Positions 63,858 to 64,000 of a DNA stretch of 64,000 bases are shown piece after piece. The DNA comes from Candidatus Latescibacterota bacterium. GTDB lineage: Bacteria; Latescibacterota; UBA2968; UBA8231. Position 1 is the first letter of the stretch. Each line of letters begins with the position of its first letter. The notes under the pieces were generated by a model that ran no database searches, was not told where the DNA came from, and saw only the letters and a list, made by a program, of their open reading frames with translations. Position numbers and translations under genes: made by a program. The DNA is taken from assembly GCA_965261395.1 (NCBI GenBank), contig OZ253462.1:5216001-5280000 (forward strand), read 5' to 3'.

Positions 63858-64000
63858 TTTATATCGCGTTCGTCTTTTTGCTTGCCACTAAGGTATAAGA
63901 CGACGGGGGCGAGACAATACCAAGGGCGGGATGCGCACACTCCAATCGGCTTGATAGCACCCCCACCAGCTTGACATCAAGCGAGCAAACCCTATCAATT

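Overview
Bacterial genomic window with a GC-rich metabolic backbone interrupted by several visibly more AT-rich accessory blocks. The gene content (many PhyH dioxygenases, CehA/McbA hydrolases, a FlgD-Ig-tailed secreted protein) resembles Latescibacterota/Gemmatimonadota-type genomes; this is inference only. The backbone carries catabolic genes, a ribose-type sugar ABC transporter, a cobalamin-riboswitch-led B12 uptake operon, acs, a glycogen debranching enzyme and a mannose-6-P isomerase. The accessory blocks carry a Hachiman-like HamA/helicase pair, a decayed ClaI/BseCI-like restriction-modification system, an RloA/RloB (AbiL-like) pair and several antitoxins without toxins. The standout is a ~15.4 kb, 8-gene minus-strand operon (41262-56653). 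In order it encodes a Zn-ribbon/propeller-like protein, a membrane vWA protein, a membrane trypsin protease, a giant tubulin/FtsZ-like GTPase, an atypical Hsp70, a GrpE-like protein and a ZorA/ZorB (MotA/MotB)-like ion-motor pair. It is a candidate undescribed Zorya-like defence or membrane-remodelling system. Two apparently identical 1185-bp IS5/IS903-group elements, each with its own 9-bp TSD, split the methyltransferase and the tubulin-like gene. All family calls come from motifs read by eye; no database search was run.
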